The position numbers and the translations under genes are program-made. The notes beneath the pieces were generated by a model that saw only the letters and a list, made by a program, of their open reading frames with translations, searched no databases and was not told the origin of the DNA. From positions 1,178,001 to 1,242,000 of the forward strand of contig CATNEN010000012.1 in assembly GCA_950097015.1 (NCBI GenBank): a stretch of DNA of 64,000 nucleotides, written 5' to 3'. Positions 24,501-36,500 of the stretch are shown in pieces; the first letter of the stretch is position 1; every line of letters starts with the position of its first letter. Source of the DNA: Macrostomum hystrix (Eukaryota > Animalia > Platyhelminthes).

Positions 24501-27500
24501 ATGAAATTATTTGCTTTTCGGCGTTGTGAAACTTCGAGCTAGTGAAAGCACCCCGACCAATCTACGCTTGAAAGTACGATTTGTCCTGACAGGCATCAAC
24601 TTACAATGCTCTCCACGCTGCTGCCTACAGGAAACGAGTTTACTGGTTGCAACATCCTGGCATCGTCACCGTACAGCAGCTGGAACTGGGATATGTAGGC
24701 CATCCACCTGTTCGTGGAGTCGTACATCCCGCCTCCCTGGGTTACTAGGCCGGTGATGCGGTGTCGCACGGGAAGGTTGATGTCCAGTGTGACGGCCGCT
24801 GCAAATGTTGGCAGTGACGGCCACAGCGTGTTGGTTTAAACGGAGAGAATTATCCTAGCTTTTAGGCACTTTTTGTTGGGGAAAAATCCCAGAAAGCAAG
24901 CTCTGATTAGATTATTTTGTTTGAATGAAACGATCTATTTACTAACTACGGCAACATTCTCTAGTTGACTGGTTCTCTGAGAACATGGCGGGTTGCTCAT
25001 ACCACTAAAGAAATACATTGCTGGTGGCAGCCCGGGCAGCTGCTGAGCGTTCAACCGCAGCATGCAGACGGTGGCATGGTCCTGCGGCAGCATTGTGGCC
25101 GGACCGAGCGAGTCGCTCGGATCCAGCTGGTTAACCTGCACCGTTCCATCCTCCAGACCGATTGGGTTGCTCAACAGGTGAACATTGGCTGAGGATCGGG
25201 GAAAAAGCACAAGAGTTAGTGAATAAAATAGAACTATGGTGTCTGACCTGATAACCTTGATGAGTTTACCTGGATTTATCATTTTACCTGACCCAAACCT
25301 GGAGTAAAGAGGGACTGAAATGGACGGAAAAATGTACGAGGCCCTTTGAGTTCGAATCCCCACCATGGATTCTTCAGGTTTGTGCTTGCCATGCAGTCAC
25401 TCCTTTGTACCAGCACTCAAGGCACAGTGGGCTGCAAACTACCACTGACGATTAAAAAGTCAGGACAGATTTGCTACCCTATTAGAGCATGCGCTACCTA
25501 TCCTGATTGTCCGTGTAAATGGCTGTGCAGTGGTCGGTGTAAGGGACAGCACAGGCGGTGTAAGGGACAGCACAGGCGGTGTAAGGGACAGCACAGGCGG
25601 TGTAAGGGACAGCACAGGCGGTGTAAGGGACAGCACAGGCGGTGTAAGGGATAGCACAGGCGGTGTAGGGGACAGCACAGGCGGTGTATGGGACAGCACA
25701 GGCGGTGTAAGGGACAGCACAGGCGGTGTATGGGACAGCACAGGCGGTGTATGGGACAGCACAGGCGGTGTAAGGGACAGCACAGGCGGTGTATGGGACA
25801 GCACAGGCGGTGTATGGGACAGCACAGGCGGTGTATGGGACAGCACAGGCGGTGTATGTGACAGCACAGGCGGTGTATGGGACAGCACAGGCGGTGTAAG
25901 GGACAGCACTGGCCAAGAGTCGCTTCCCGGACTTACACAGTGCCGGATAGCCGTAGACCTCGAATTCAGCAAACGACAGACGGCGACGGTAGAATGTTGA
26001 CTTGCGAACACCGGCGAACTGAGCCAACTGGAATGAGTTTGTGACATCAGTTTGTACATTCGATTGCGCCTTATAAACAAAACTCACACCCGAGCTCTCG
26101 GGGCCTTACCCGGAAAGTGTCGACACTCCAGAAGTGTTCCCTGAGATACCCCTCGCCTCGCCTAGCCAGAACATCCGCACTGGCGTCCGTAGGCGAGGAG
26201 GCATTGGCAACGATGATCTCGGCGTACTCCAGCTCCTCGTAGTCTGTGTTTAGTGTGATAAGTTCTATTGAGAATCGTAACATACAATAGAATTTCTAGC
26301 ACATGACAATGATCATAGATGACAGACATCTGGTTTCTCGACAATAGTTATAGAGGCTGGTTGGACCTACCAAACTTCATGTTGTCCCGGGAGCAGGCCA
26401 GGATGCCGCAGGTAGCGTAGGTCACAGCCGGGTCGGTTGTGTAGCAACCTTTGTAGCCGTAGGCGTTGCAATCTCGGCAATAGTTCACTGAGACGCTCTT
26501 ATTCGACCCCGGATAGTAGGTGTCCAGCTTACACCTGTCCGACACTGTCTGGGGCGTATTTGAGCTCCAGCTCTGGCAGGGGATGCCGCTGGCTGTGACA
26601 TTCCGCATGCCGTAGTAGGAATTTGCCGAAGTGCTGGTGCTGCACACGTCGCCGCCGTAAGCATCTGTAGGTTTCGGTTCAGAGGGATGCTTCGCGTCAG
26701 ATGGTCCGAGCTAGTAAAGTAAAATAAAGGATTAAAAATGAAGGACTCGCCTAGATTCTCTATAGCGTCCACGACCCTGATGAAGATGATGTAAGTCTGC
26801 TGGCCTAGATCCACCAGCCAATAAAGATAGTCGGTGAAGTACTGCTCAGTGTCGCTCTGGTACGACCCGCCGCTGCCAAAAAAACCGCTAAGCGAGCCGT
26901 CGTTGCCGCGGCCGCCGGTGCTACCAGAGTCAACGCTGACCCGCTTGAATCTCGACTGCAGGTAGGAGCGCAGGCGAGCCTCTGTTGTTTCTGTGGGGTC
27001 GAGTTGCATTGCCTAGTTTTACTTGGGGAGTCTAATGTTTAAATATCCCAATTTAATGTCCCTGTGCAACAACATCAGTGTAATGTTCAATATTCCATAT
27101 CCAAATATCCCCTGTCCTAAATCCCCCTGTCCTAATACCCCCTGTCCTAATATCCCCTGTCCTAATATCCCCTGTCCTAATATCCCCTGTCCTAAATCCC
27201 CCTGTCCTAATACCCCCTGTCCTAATATCCCCTGTCCTAATATCCCCTGTCCTAATATCCCCTGTCCTAATATCCCCTGTCCTAATATCCCCTGTCCTAA
27301 ACCCCCCTGTCCTAATACCCCCTGTCCTAATATCCCCTGTCCTAATATCCCCTGTCCTAAACCCCCCTGTCCTAATACCCCCTGTCCTAATATCCCATGT
27401 CCTTATATCTCCAGCACAATATTCTCACCAGTGGGGCACCCGTAGAGCTGAAGGCGCATTTCACCGACCGTCTGCTGAGTGACTCTGTACAGCCTGAGGT

Positions 27501-30500
27501 GCACAGCCAGCTGGCTGGGTTGGAACCGCAAGCTCGCCACAGCTCGCTGATGTCGGTTGGCCATGATCTCCTGGCATGAAGAAAGAGAAAAATTCGGAAT
27601 TAACCTTTTTAAGACCTTTGTAATAAAGTTTCGACGGTCTTCCAACTTACAAGTCGCTCCTGGAAAGACCTCCAATAGCTACCAGACTCGCTGAAGAACA
27701 ACACATAGGACTGAATGTAAGTCATGGAGGTGGCAGCCGAAATGATGTTTCTTGTGTTTCCGCCTTGGACTGTGATCCACATTAGTGAGGCTGGCCGGTC
27801 GAAGCTCACCTGTGGTTTTTAAGCAAGGCGTTAATCAATTAAAAAAACTGTTTCATAAGAAAGCGCTTTATTTGGTGAATCGAATTCAGCCGCTGTATTA
27901 ATTTATTCTGATCTTAACTTTACTTCAATAACAAAATGTTCGCACCTGAAAATACACTCGCTCATTAGACGAATAGTACGGCTCCCGATGGGAACCCATG
28001 GTCTTGTAGCTGCGCACCTGCGGAAATGCAACCTGCAGGTTGGTGGCACCGTCAGGCGGAGCGTCGCTCGAGTAACCCAGCTTCCTGATGACGGTCAGGC
28101 TGCGGTTGGAGTCTAGACAGACGCCCACCAGACGGCCTGCCACGGTGGCAGTTAGTCGTACACCGTCGTCAGCGTCCTGTTGCCATGCGATTCGCACCGT
28201 CAGAAAGTCGTCAGTCACCACCTCGGTGGCGTTGATAGCGAGGCTCGCGTTGAGTTTGGCCAGAGTGAACAAAGACTCAGCGACAGAGTAGTCTCTGTTT
28301 TCGATGCTTGCGCCAACGAAGCGCACAATGTCCGCGCCGACGCCCTCAAGGATGACGACGTAGCGCTTCTGGAAATGGTGAATTCCGAGAGGGCTTTCGC
28401 TGTTACACAATAAAGTTTCGAGGGATACCAAGCACTGTAAAACTTTTGCTAAGGGTGTTCTGCTAAGCTTTGCTTACATTTGTCATAGCCTCCAGGTATC
28501 CGAATTGATCAGTGAGCCACACTTTCAGTCTGCGTTGCCGAAACCGGCACAGAAATTCCACGCTGCCGTTGGCCAGAGCGGCGCTGATGACTTCGTCCGG
28601 CATCCACTCCACTCGCTTCGGAACCATATCGTCCAGGTCATTAACTGAAGCAGTTATACAACACCGAGTGTTAGTTAGTAGAGTTTCAATAAAGTGCATC
28701 AAATCCGGCTTCATAAATGCATTTCGAATGTTTAATGTCGTCAACCCATGGTCTCCAGACGATACTCAAACTCACTTTCTTCAGCATAGACCATGAGCGA
28801 ATTAAGTCGCATGAAGCCGAGCTCAGCTGGTTTCACCACAGCCAGGTAGCGTCCCACGACGCCTCCGGGTGGACAGCCGAGGCTGACTTCCCTCAGAGCG
28901 GGCAGCGGAACCTCGAGACTGTCGCACAGGGCCCAGTTGTTGAATGCTTCCTCGCCGGCTGATGAATTCCACTGGCTGGCGTACTTTGCCTTCAGACCGT
29001 ACTGCAGATTCGCTGTTGTATCGATGGATTGGGAGGTTCTGTCTTCATCCGGAACTCAGCAAATACTCGTAGTAAAGTGTATGAGAATGTTCTGAAAGCG
29101 ACTAGCTCATACCGATCGCGATGTCTAGTCCAGCAATTGTGTGCTCAGTCTTCAGGTCAATTAGCAGGTAGTACCAACGGTAGGCGGTTACCGATGTTGA
29201 TAGAGTCTGTGTGCTAATGGTGAGGAATCCCTTGGAGTCGATGATGGCACTGCTCACCGGTTTGCCATTGAATGTGATCGTCTTGAACGCCGCCGCATTG
29301 TGTGAATTCAGAATGACCTTCTGAGGCTCGTATCCTAAAACTGAGGAGTGTAACGGAACGCTGGCTTTAATTACGCTGGCTGTAGGTGGGCAGTGCTTTT
29401 CTTGAAGTCTAGCACTATTGTCATGAATTTCACTAGGAACCCCAGCTCACAGCAGTCCCGCTGCACGCAGACGGCCGTGGCCGACGCTGTAATGTAGCAC
29501 TCAGGACTCTGGTCGTAGATTGTTCCTTAAATGAGAGAGATTGGTTGTTAAATGAGCTTGATAGCTGTCGGCTCATGGAATCTAGAAACCAATTCTGTGA
29601 CTATTTTTAGTTTCAATAAACAAACTTACTGCTGAGACAGTAGCTCTTGTAGTCTCTGGCTCCGGTAGCTTGAGCACTGGTCCAGGGCAGGCAGGCCACC
29701 CCAGCCTCGGTGATGTTGAGTTGGTGCACATAATTGGCTGACTCTGCCCTTTGCATAGCGCAGGGAGCTGAGAACAACGGGATACAAAATTAAGAAATGA
29801 GATGGGATTTGGAGGCCGGGAGTACAGTCGCGTGGCTCCAGAAAATTGGCTGTACACTACCGATATGATAGACGCACCAAAACCTTAACTTACTTCTGAC
29901 CCTGACTGAGCTACCAACAATGGAGTCCTCTGGCCGGTAGTAGGAGGCCCTCCGGTTGGTTGTGATTCTGGCTGTTAGCTGACCCGGTATGCCGGGAAGC
30001 AGCGGCTGCATGCAGTCTGGACGAAGGCGAGAGGTTCGAGTTGAGTACTTTGAAACCATTAACTTGGAGTCATTTTATCGTCAGAAACACATTTTGACTC
30101 CCCTCCAACTCAAAACCCATTGGCTAATGCTTACCTGGCCTAACACAGGTGAAATAGTAAGTAACGGTACTCGCGCTGGCGGCCCATGTAGTGGACATCT
30201 GTACATTAGTTAGCAGCTTCTGCTGCGTGGTGCCAGTACGATACCACAAACTCATGTTACCATAGTAACTGTCCATGAAAGTCAGAGGCCACAGAGCGGC
30301 CCAGCGGTTGTCCAGTGACTCAGTGAATGTTGCAAAGTCGTCATTACAACCGGTGCAGCTGGCGTAAGGCTCGCCGTAGTACATCAGTGGGCCGTTGGCA
30401 CAGGAGCTGGGATCTGGCAATGGATTTGGAAGTCTATTTAGAATGGCTCTGCCACAACAGCAAACGCTGCTCAAAGTTCATCTCTAGTCTCAACTCACCG

Positions 30501-33500
30501 GTAGACACAGTGTACAACGGCACCTGGCAGGCAAAGTACAGCTGCACCGAGTCGGAGGTGATGGCGGTCAGGGCGGCTGTTGCGGTGTCCCAGGCGCCGA
30601 AGAGGTCCCCGGGCTGGTCGAACACCCAGGCGGACTGTGGCACTGAGTCGCCGTCCAGCCACTGCCAGGTGCCATTTATAGGATCTCGAAGGATGCCTAC
30701 GTGCAGCTGCCAGGTGTAACTGTCGGGTGATTGGCGTTTGGACGAGATTATAAACGTGATATGTTTTTTCGAATTCGTAGACACGTGGATACGATTTTCC
30801 ATTTTGCAAGCTTTTTTAATTGTTGCTGAAATTGTTTTACTGAGTAAAGAACAGAATATGTAGAACTTACGTTGATCTTTCGGTTTAGGGACAAAAGACA
30901 TCTTTAAAATCTTTAGGGGGCCACTTGGATTGTGTAGTTTCGGTTTAGGGGGGCCAATGAAAGGAAGTCGAAAGTCAATAGTAAACTATCAAATTCTAAT
31001 TTTCCTAGTGTAAGTATGACAACCATTCTTAATTGTAGAACCGTGAAAACAAAATATTATAAACCAGACGCTATATTACTGTTTCGGTTTAGTGGACCTG
31101 CAATGGAAAAGTTGCATTGAAGACCCCTAAACCAGAATGTGGTAAGTATCAATAAGAAGTTAGTTATTACTGCTGATTTTAGTGCTGATACAGCAGACTG
31201 ATGATCTGCTAATACTTATCAGCGGAGATCGACTTGCAGAGAATAATAATAATAATTGCAGGAGGGCTGCGGGCAATGATACTGGACCCGCAGCAAGCGA
31301 GGAGGCAATTCTGTCCATTTCGCTGACTCCTGAGCACAGACGCACACAGATACTGTTCGCAGGCACACGCTCACACAGGTGTGTACATCTGCCCTGACTT
31401 TCTCATCGTCAGGCAGTGTACACTTCACTGTGCCTTGGCCCTTAAGGGCGTAAATTGCACGACAAGCCCCCAAGCCTTCTCTCCGTGGCTGCGCCCCAAA
31501 TAAATGTGGCCTCGCCGTGGAATCGCGCTTAGAGACCTTGGTGCGAGAGGCAAACGCGGTAACCGCTCTGCCACCGACCCCCCTGACCTGCAGAGAAACG
31601 TAGATTACTGAATTTTGCTCCTGCACCCCGTGTTTCGGCTTAGGGGACACTTAACTATAGAACCACCAAGGGGGGAATTCCCAAAAAATATTTTGTGCAG
31701 CTCAACCACAGGACACCAACGTCTAGTCTGTCAACCAATAAGTCACCACCCAACACTGTTAGCATTCAGGTGCTGCCAAAAATGTTCAGGGCGGAGGAAT
31801 TTACCCCCCATGGTATAAAACGGGCGGCAAAATGGCTTGTAGCCCTAGTTAATGGAAAAAACACAGTACTGGTCCCCTAATCCGAAAATACCAATACAAA
31901 AGAATGCCAAACTTACTGCTTGCTGAGGAAGGATAGCTTCTGCGCATCCTTCGGCTGGAACAGGGTACCCCTGACGCCAGCCCAGGTGTAGGCGGAGCGG
32001 CAGTGGGCCAGAGCCGCACTCCACCTGGCCTGCACGGTCACAAGACGGAAGCAGACATCAAAGTGCGGCACGAAGCCCAGCGGGCAGTTGTCAAGACGGC
32101 GGCCATGGAGCGAAACTTCGTCGGGTCGCAGGCCGCCGGTGATGAAGCTGAGCCGAAGCGACACCGGCTGCAGGAGGCTGGGCAGGATGAAGCGTTCCTG
32201 ACGGCTGCGAGCCTCGAACTGCAAGACGAATTGGATAATTTTGGCATCATTCTGGGATAATGCGCTAAATATCTGACACGAGGCAATGACCAGCTCACCA
32301 GCCATGTCCAATTGTTGACAGTCAGGATTGTCCAGTCAGGCTTCCAGAGTCACCTCGCGGTAGCTCAAGGTGAACTGAAGCAGGTCATCAGTGCTGCGGT
32401 TCACAGACAGGTAGCTGAGGTGGTGCAGCTCAGTCAAGTTCAGGATTATTTCTGTACTGTTGATGCTCGACAATGCGACGGCGGAGATTGACTGTTTTTT
32501 TAGCTGCGTGCTGTCTGCAAGGTTCAATCGTACATTATCGTGATCACTCATAACATTAAATTTTCTTAATCTTAGATTGTAAATTGCATTCTGTTTACTG
32601 GGGAGCTGGTAGCCTAATGTTGAGAGTTACTTCTGAGCAAGGGGTCCGAAGTTCGAATCGCATCTCATGGATAAATATTTGTCAAAATAGCTTCATTTTG
32701 CTAAGCTGTAAAATGGGTGGGTAATCATGGCATCAGCTACGATAATAACTTTGATGGTCAGATGTTCACAGGCTTTGACAGCGCCGCACCGCGCAACGCA
32801 ATAGTACATCTGGCCCAACTAGGTATTCACACTAGTGTAAATTCTACCATTCTAAAATGGATATTTTCCTTCAAGCAGCCCCACTTAAAGCAGATTTCTT
32901 GCACTTACTCCCATCGTCAGGGAAGCCAAGCAGATCCAGCTTGATAGCTCCCTGACCCAGCAAGCCAGTAGGTACAATCTCAACAATCGACGCTTGGAAT
33001 GGTCGCTGAAAGTAGTACTTCCTGGCTTGCTTCTCGTCTAGTGGGCCGCTGAAGTCGATCTGTTTTATAGAGAAAAGTTATAAAAGTTGTTTGCAAGCTG
33101 TGCTTCAATGCAAAATATTAGTTTTTATGTCAGATGGTTCATACTGATTAAAAAAGCCACTCAATCAAGAGATTTTTTATTATAGAAAGCTGGCTTGACT
33201 AAAACATAAATGGCCCTGCAGTTGACGTAGGGTCTCGAGTACGATTCCCCGACAGGTATTTGGGGTGCAGCTGCTATTAAGACAAGGCTTGGCATCAAGT
33301 CATCCCCAAAGGCACAGTAAGTGTTAGCACACTGCCTGACGTTGAGACGTACGTCCCTTCACGCTTATGTGTGCTAAAGAGCCAACGATTGTTTAAAGAT
33401 ATGAGCGATACAAGTGTAGCTTTCCTAAAAGCTCAGTCTACAGAGCTCAGGGACTCAAGGACTCAGGACAGCGTGCACGTCTAGCTGGCCTATTTTGCCA

Positions 33501-36500
33501 AACTTGTTTGCCGAAACATATTTAGGCTCACAATAGTTCCAGATCCGAGAAATCTATAGAAGTCCAGGAACTTTGCGCTCCGCTGGTACGCATAGCGCAC
33601 TTGCATGCCGTTGAAAAGACCGGCGTAGGGTCTGAACTGCCCGGTTCCCATGGCAACAAAGCCGGTCACGGTGAACACGCATGGCAGGTAGATTGCAATG
33701 CCTGCTCCAGTGTTGGATGTGTAATAAGCAAAGGAGAAGGCCTCACTGCCTGGCAGGTGTAGCGGCAGGGAGTACACATCGCCGGTGTAGGCATTGAACT
33801 TGCCCAGGTTGGAGCCGGTCGCCGCCGCGGTGACCGGGTAGCGCAGGCCGAACTGGGTCGGCGAGTGAAGCAGGCGGCTCAGCTGGTCCCCAGGGTAGCC
33901 TGTGGGTGACGGAGAGGCGTTCCCAGTGTGTTCAGCTGGTGGCGGCTCGTCATCGTATTTGAACTACTTGGCAATTTTTTAGAGCATGGAGCACAGCAGG
34001 AACTCACCGAGAGGATATCCGTAGACTTCAATTTCGCAGACGGAAAAATAGCCAGTCTCGTTTGAGTGTCGCATTACTCCCACATAGCGAGCAGGCTGGA
34101 ATTTTTAAGACTTCGACTCTAACGCACGTACAAGGAGAGGCACACATCGAAAGTCGTGAAGCGGACGTGAATTTTCAGTACTCACCCGACCAACTTTGAT
34201 AATCCACGGCTGCGGCGGAACCTTATAGTCTGTGCGACCAATGATTACAGACACCGTGCTCTCACTGCTGTTGGACAGGTACACTGTTGAGTTGCTGTTT
34301 CGGTCGCTGGCAACAAAGCCTGGAAGTTACGAATGTCAATTAGGACATTACGACATCCAGGACAAGTGAAACGTATCTTGCTATTTCACAGAAATCAAGA
34401 GAACTCACCTTTATCATCGTCCATCTGTGAGTAGACAATAACGCTTTGCACGTATCTTGGCCACTCCAAGTCGATGGCAATGTAGGGCCAAAGTCCGGAG
34501 CCCACCCAGCAGGGGGCCGACTGTACTGCTAGGCGGTTGCCATCGTTGGCGTACTTGGCGTAGAAGGTTGAGTACGGGGTCGAGCTTAGCGCTGCTGAAT
34601 GACCTGAGATCAGCTGAGGTGGCGGAATCCAGTCACTGTAGGTGGCTGGTCGAGGTGCGAAAAAGTGGGATGGAAGTGTAAAGTGTAAATTTTAACAAGG
34701 ACAAAAGACATAGGACACCTTAAATTAGGATCTTGATGCTATCTTAAGGACCCCTCGGTTGAACGCAGAAAGGTGACCATTGATACTTAGTTCTGTCACT
34801 TGCGCACCCTACACTGCCAATTCCTATGAGCGAATCGGCACGAAAGTGTGGGAATGAAACATCAGCACTTCATTTTAAGTACGAATGGGACAAAAAATAA
34901 CCTATACGCTCGTAGTATGATAATACGAAACCACATTAAAAAACTGTCTATCAAAACGATAGATTATTATGATAGATTATGATTATTATTTACCTACGTG
35001 CTTTTAGAATGATAGTATCTACCGTCCTTAATATGTTTCATACGACTGAATTCTAACATTAATATTAGTACTCGCACCTCTGGCCATTTTTTGCGTACTA
35101 CGAGCTACTTTTCTATTTTGTCTATAGTTATGACAACTTACAGTTCCAGCAGCCATACAGCATCCACCGTAGTTCAGTCCTACTTGTGTAGTCCACAACA
35201 TAGACCCGGTAGGCGCTGGCAGTGATCTCGGGGGTCAGGCGGTAGCTGGTGACAAAGTCTCCGGCCAAAGGACCTCGGATTTTCTAAAAAAAATCGAATT
35301 TAAATGTTAAGAGCCGGCGTGTATAACTTTTTAGCGTTTGACCTTGTTTGATGGTAAAAAATTTTCTGTGTTTTTAAACCAGTTATCTAACGAACTCACA
35401 TGCATGTATTGTTCAAAATACTGTCCGTTGGTGCTATAGGCCAGCAGTGCATTCTCTACATTTGAGGCCCAATTGGTGCCTACGTCGAATTTGGCAGTGC
35501 CGCTCTGCATCGACAAGATGAATGCTGTGACGAGCTTCGGGAAACTGGCCTACAACATTTAACGGTTCGAATAAATAAATAACGGTGAAATTTAGTAGAT
35601 ATGCTAAGTATCAAGTTAGGTGTGACACATAAGGAAATAATTTTAGGCTTCGTGTCTAATTGATTCTATTTCCTACTCGGGTTTCACAAGACCTTCAGAG
35701 TATATCACTAATAAGAAGCGAGTGGCCTTGAATCACGCATGTCGTGCATGGTTTCCTTGCAGCACGCAACAATCGCATGATCATCAGCTGGTTTGAATAA
35801 AACTGACAGCTACTCTAGATCAGAGAAAATTTCAATATTGATCCCTTACTTTCTGTGTCAGTTATCATAAAATATTTCAGTTCCCGTCGCACCTGTATGA
35901 AATCTCGAAATCCAGTAGCAGTGCTTGGCCCAGTAGCCGTAACCGGGCTCCAAAAGTTGAGACTTCGTTGACCTAAATGCAGCAAGCTAAGTTACGAGAC
36001 TTTCCTCGTATTTTCCTTGAAACAATAAGTCCTTTAAAAATAGGCTAAAAGTCTTACTGGTTTTATTCATCAGCACAATAGCCTGGTGCTCAGAGTCCAC
36101 GCCAACATAAGCTACAGTGCTGACATTGATACTGAGATTTGCCGGTGCCTGCAGTCTAGCCAACGGCTGGCCTTCAATGTCGATGGCAACTTGACCAGGT
36201 GGCTGCGCCCAGGTCAAGGAAACTCGCAAAAAGTCATCACAAACCACTGGCAGCCGGGCCGACGTCAGTACCTGTCAGCGGTGCCAGAGTCTGCAAATTG
36301 CTGCCGAAGAAGTCGCCCCGACGAACTGCTGCCTGTGTGTTGTTCAGAAATACGTGGCTGCCGTTGCAACCGAGCGTCACCTCATACCTGGCCTGTTTGA
36401 GGTGAGTAGGTGGAGGAGTGAGAGGACGCAGGCACTAGCCATTCGTTTCTGTGCGCAGCCATCGCAAAGCTTGGAGTAAACAATGAACCAATGACTGATG

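Noticed and set aside
25460-26087. Repetitive ORFs (PPVLSHT, TACAVPY, VRDSTGG) with direct repeats resembling a CRISPR array
   Set aside because: Head-to-tail 21-bp minisatellite without spacers; eukaryotic context, no cas genes
27023-27445. Metallothionein-like (PNIPC)n ORF
   Set aside because: Pure 15-bp tandem repeat in an intron; no gene structure
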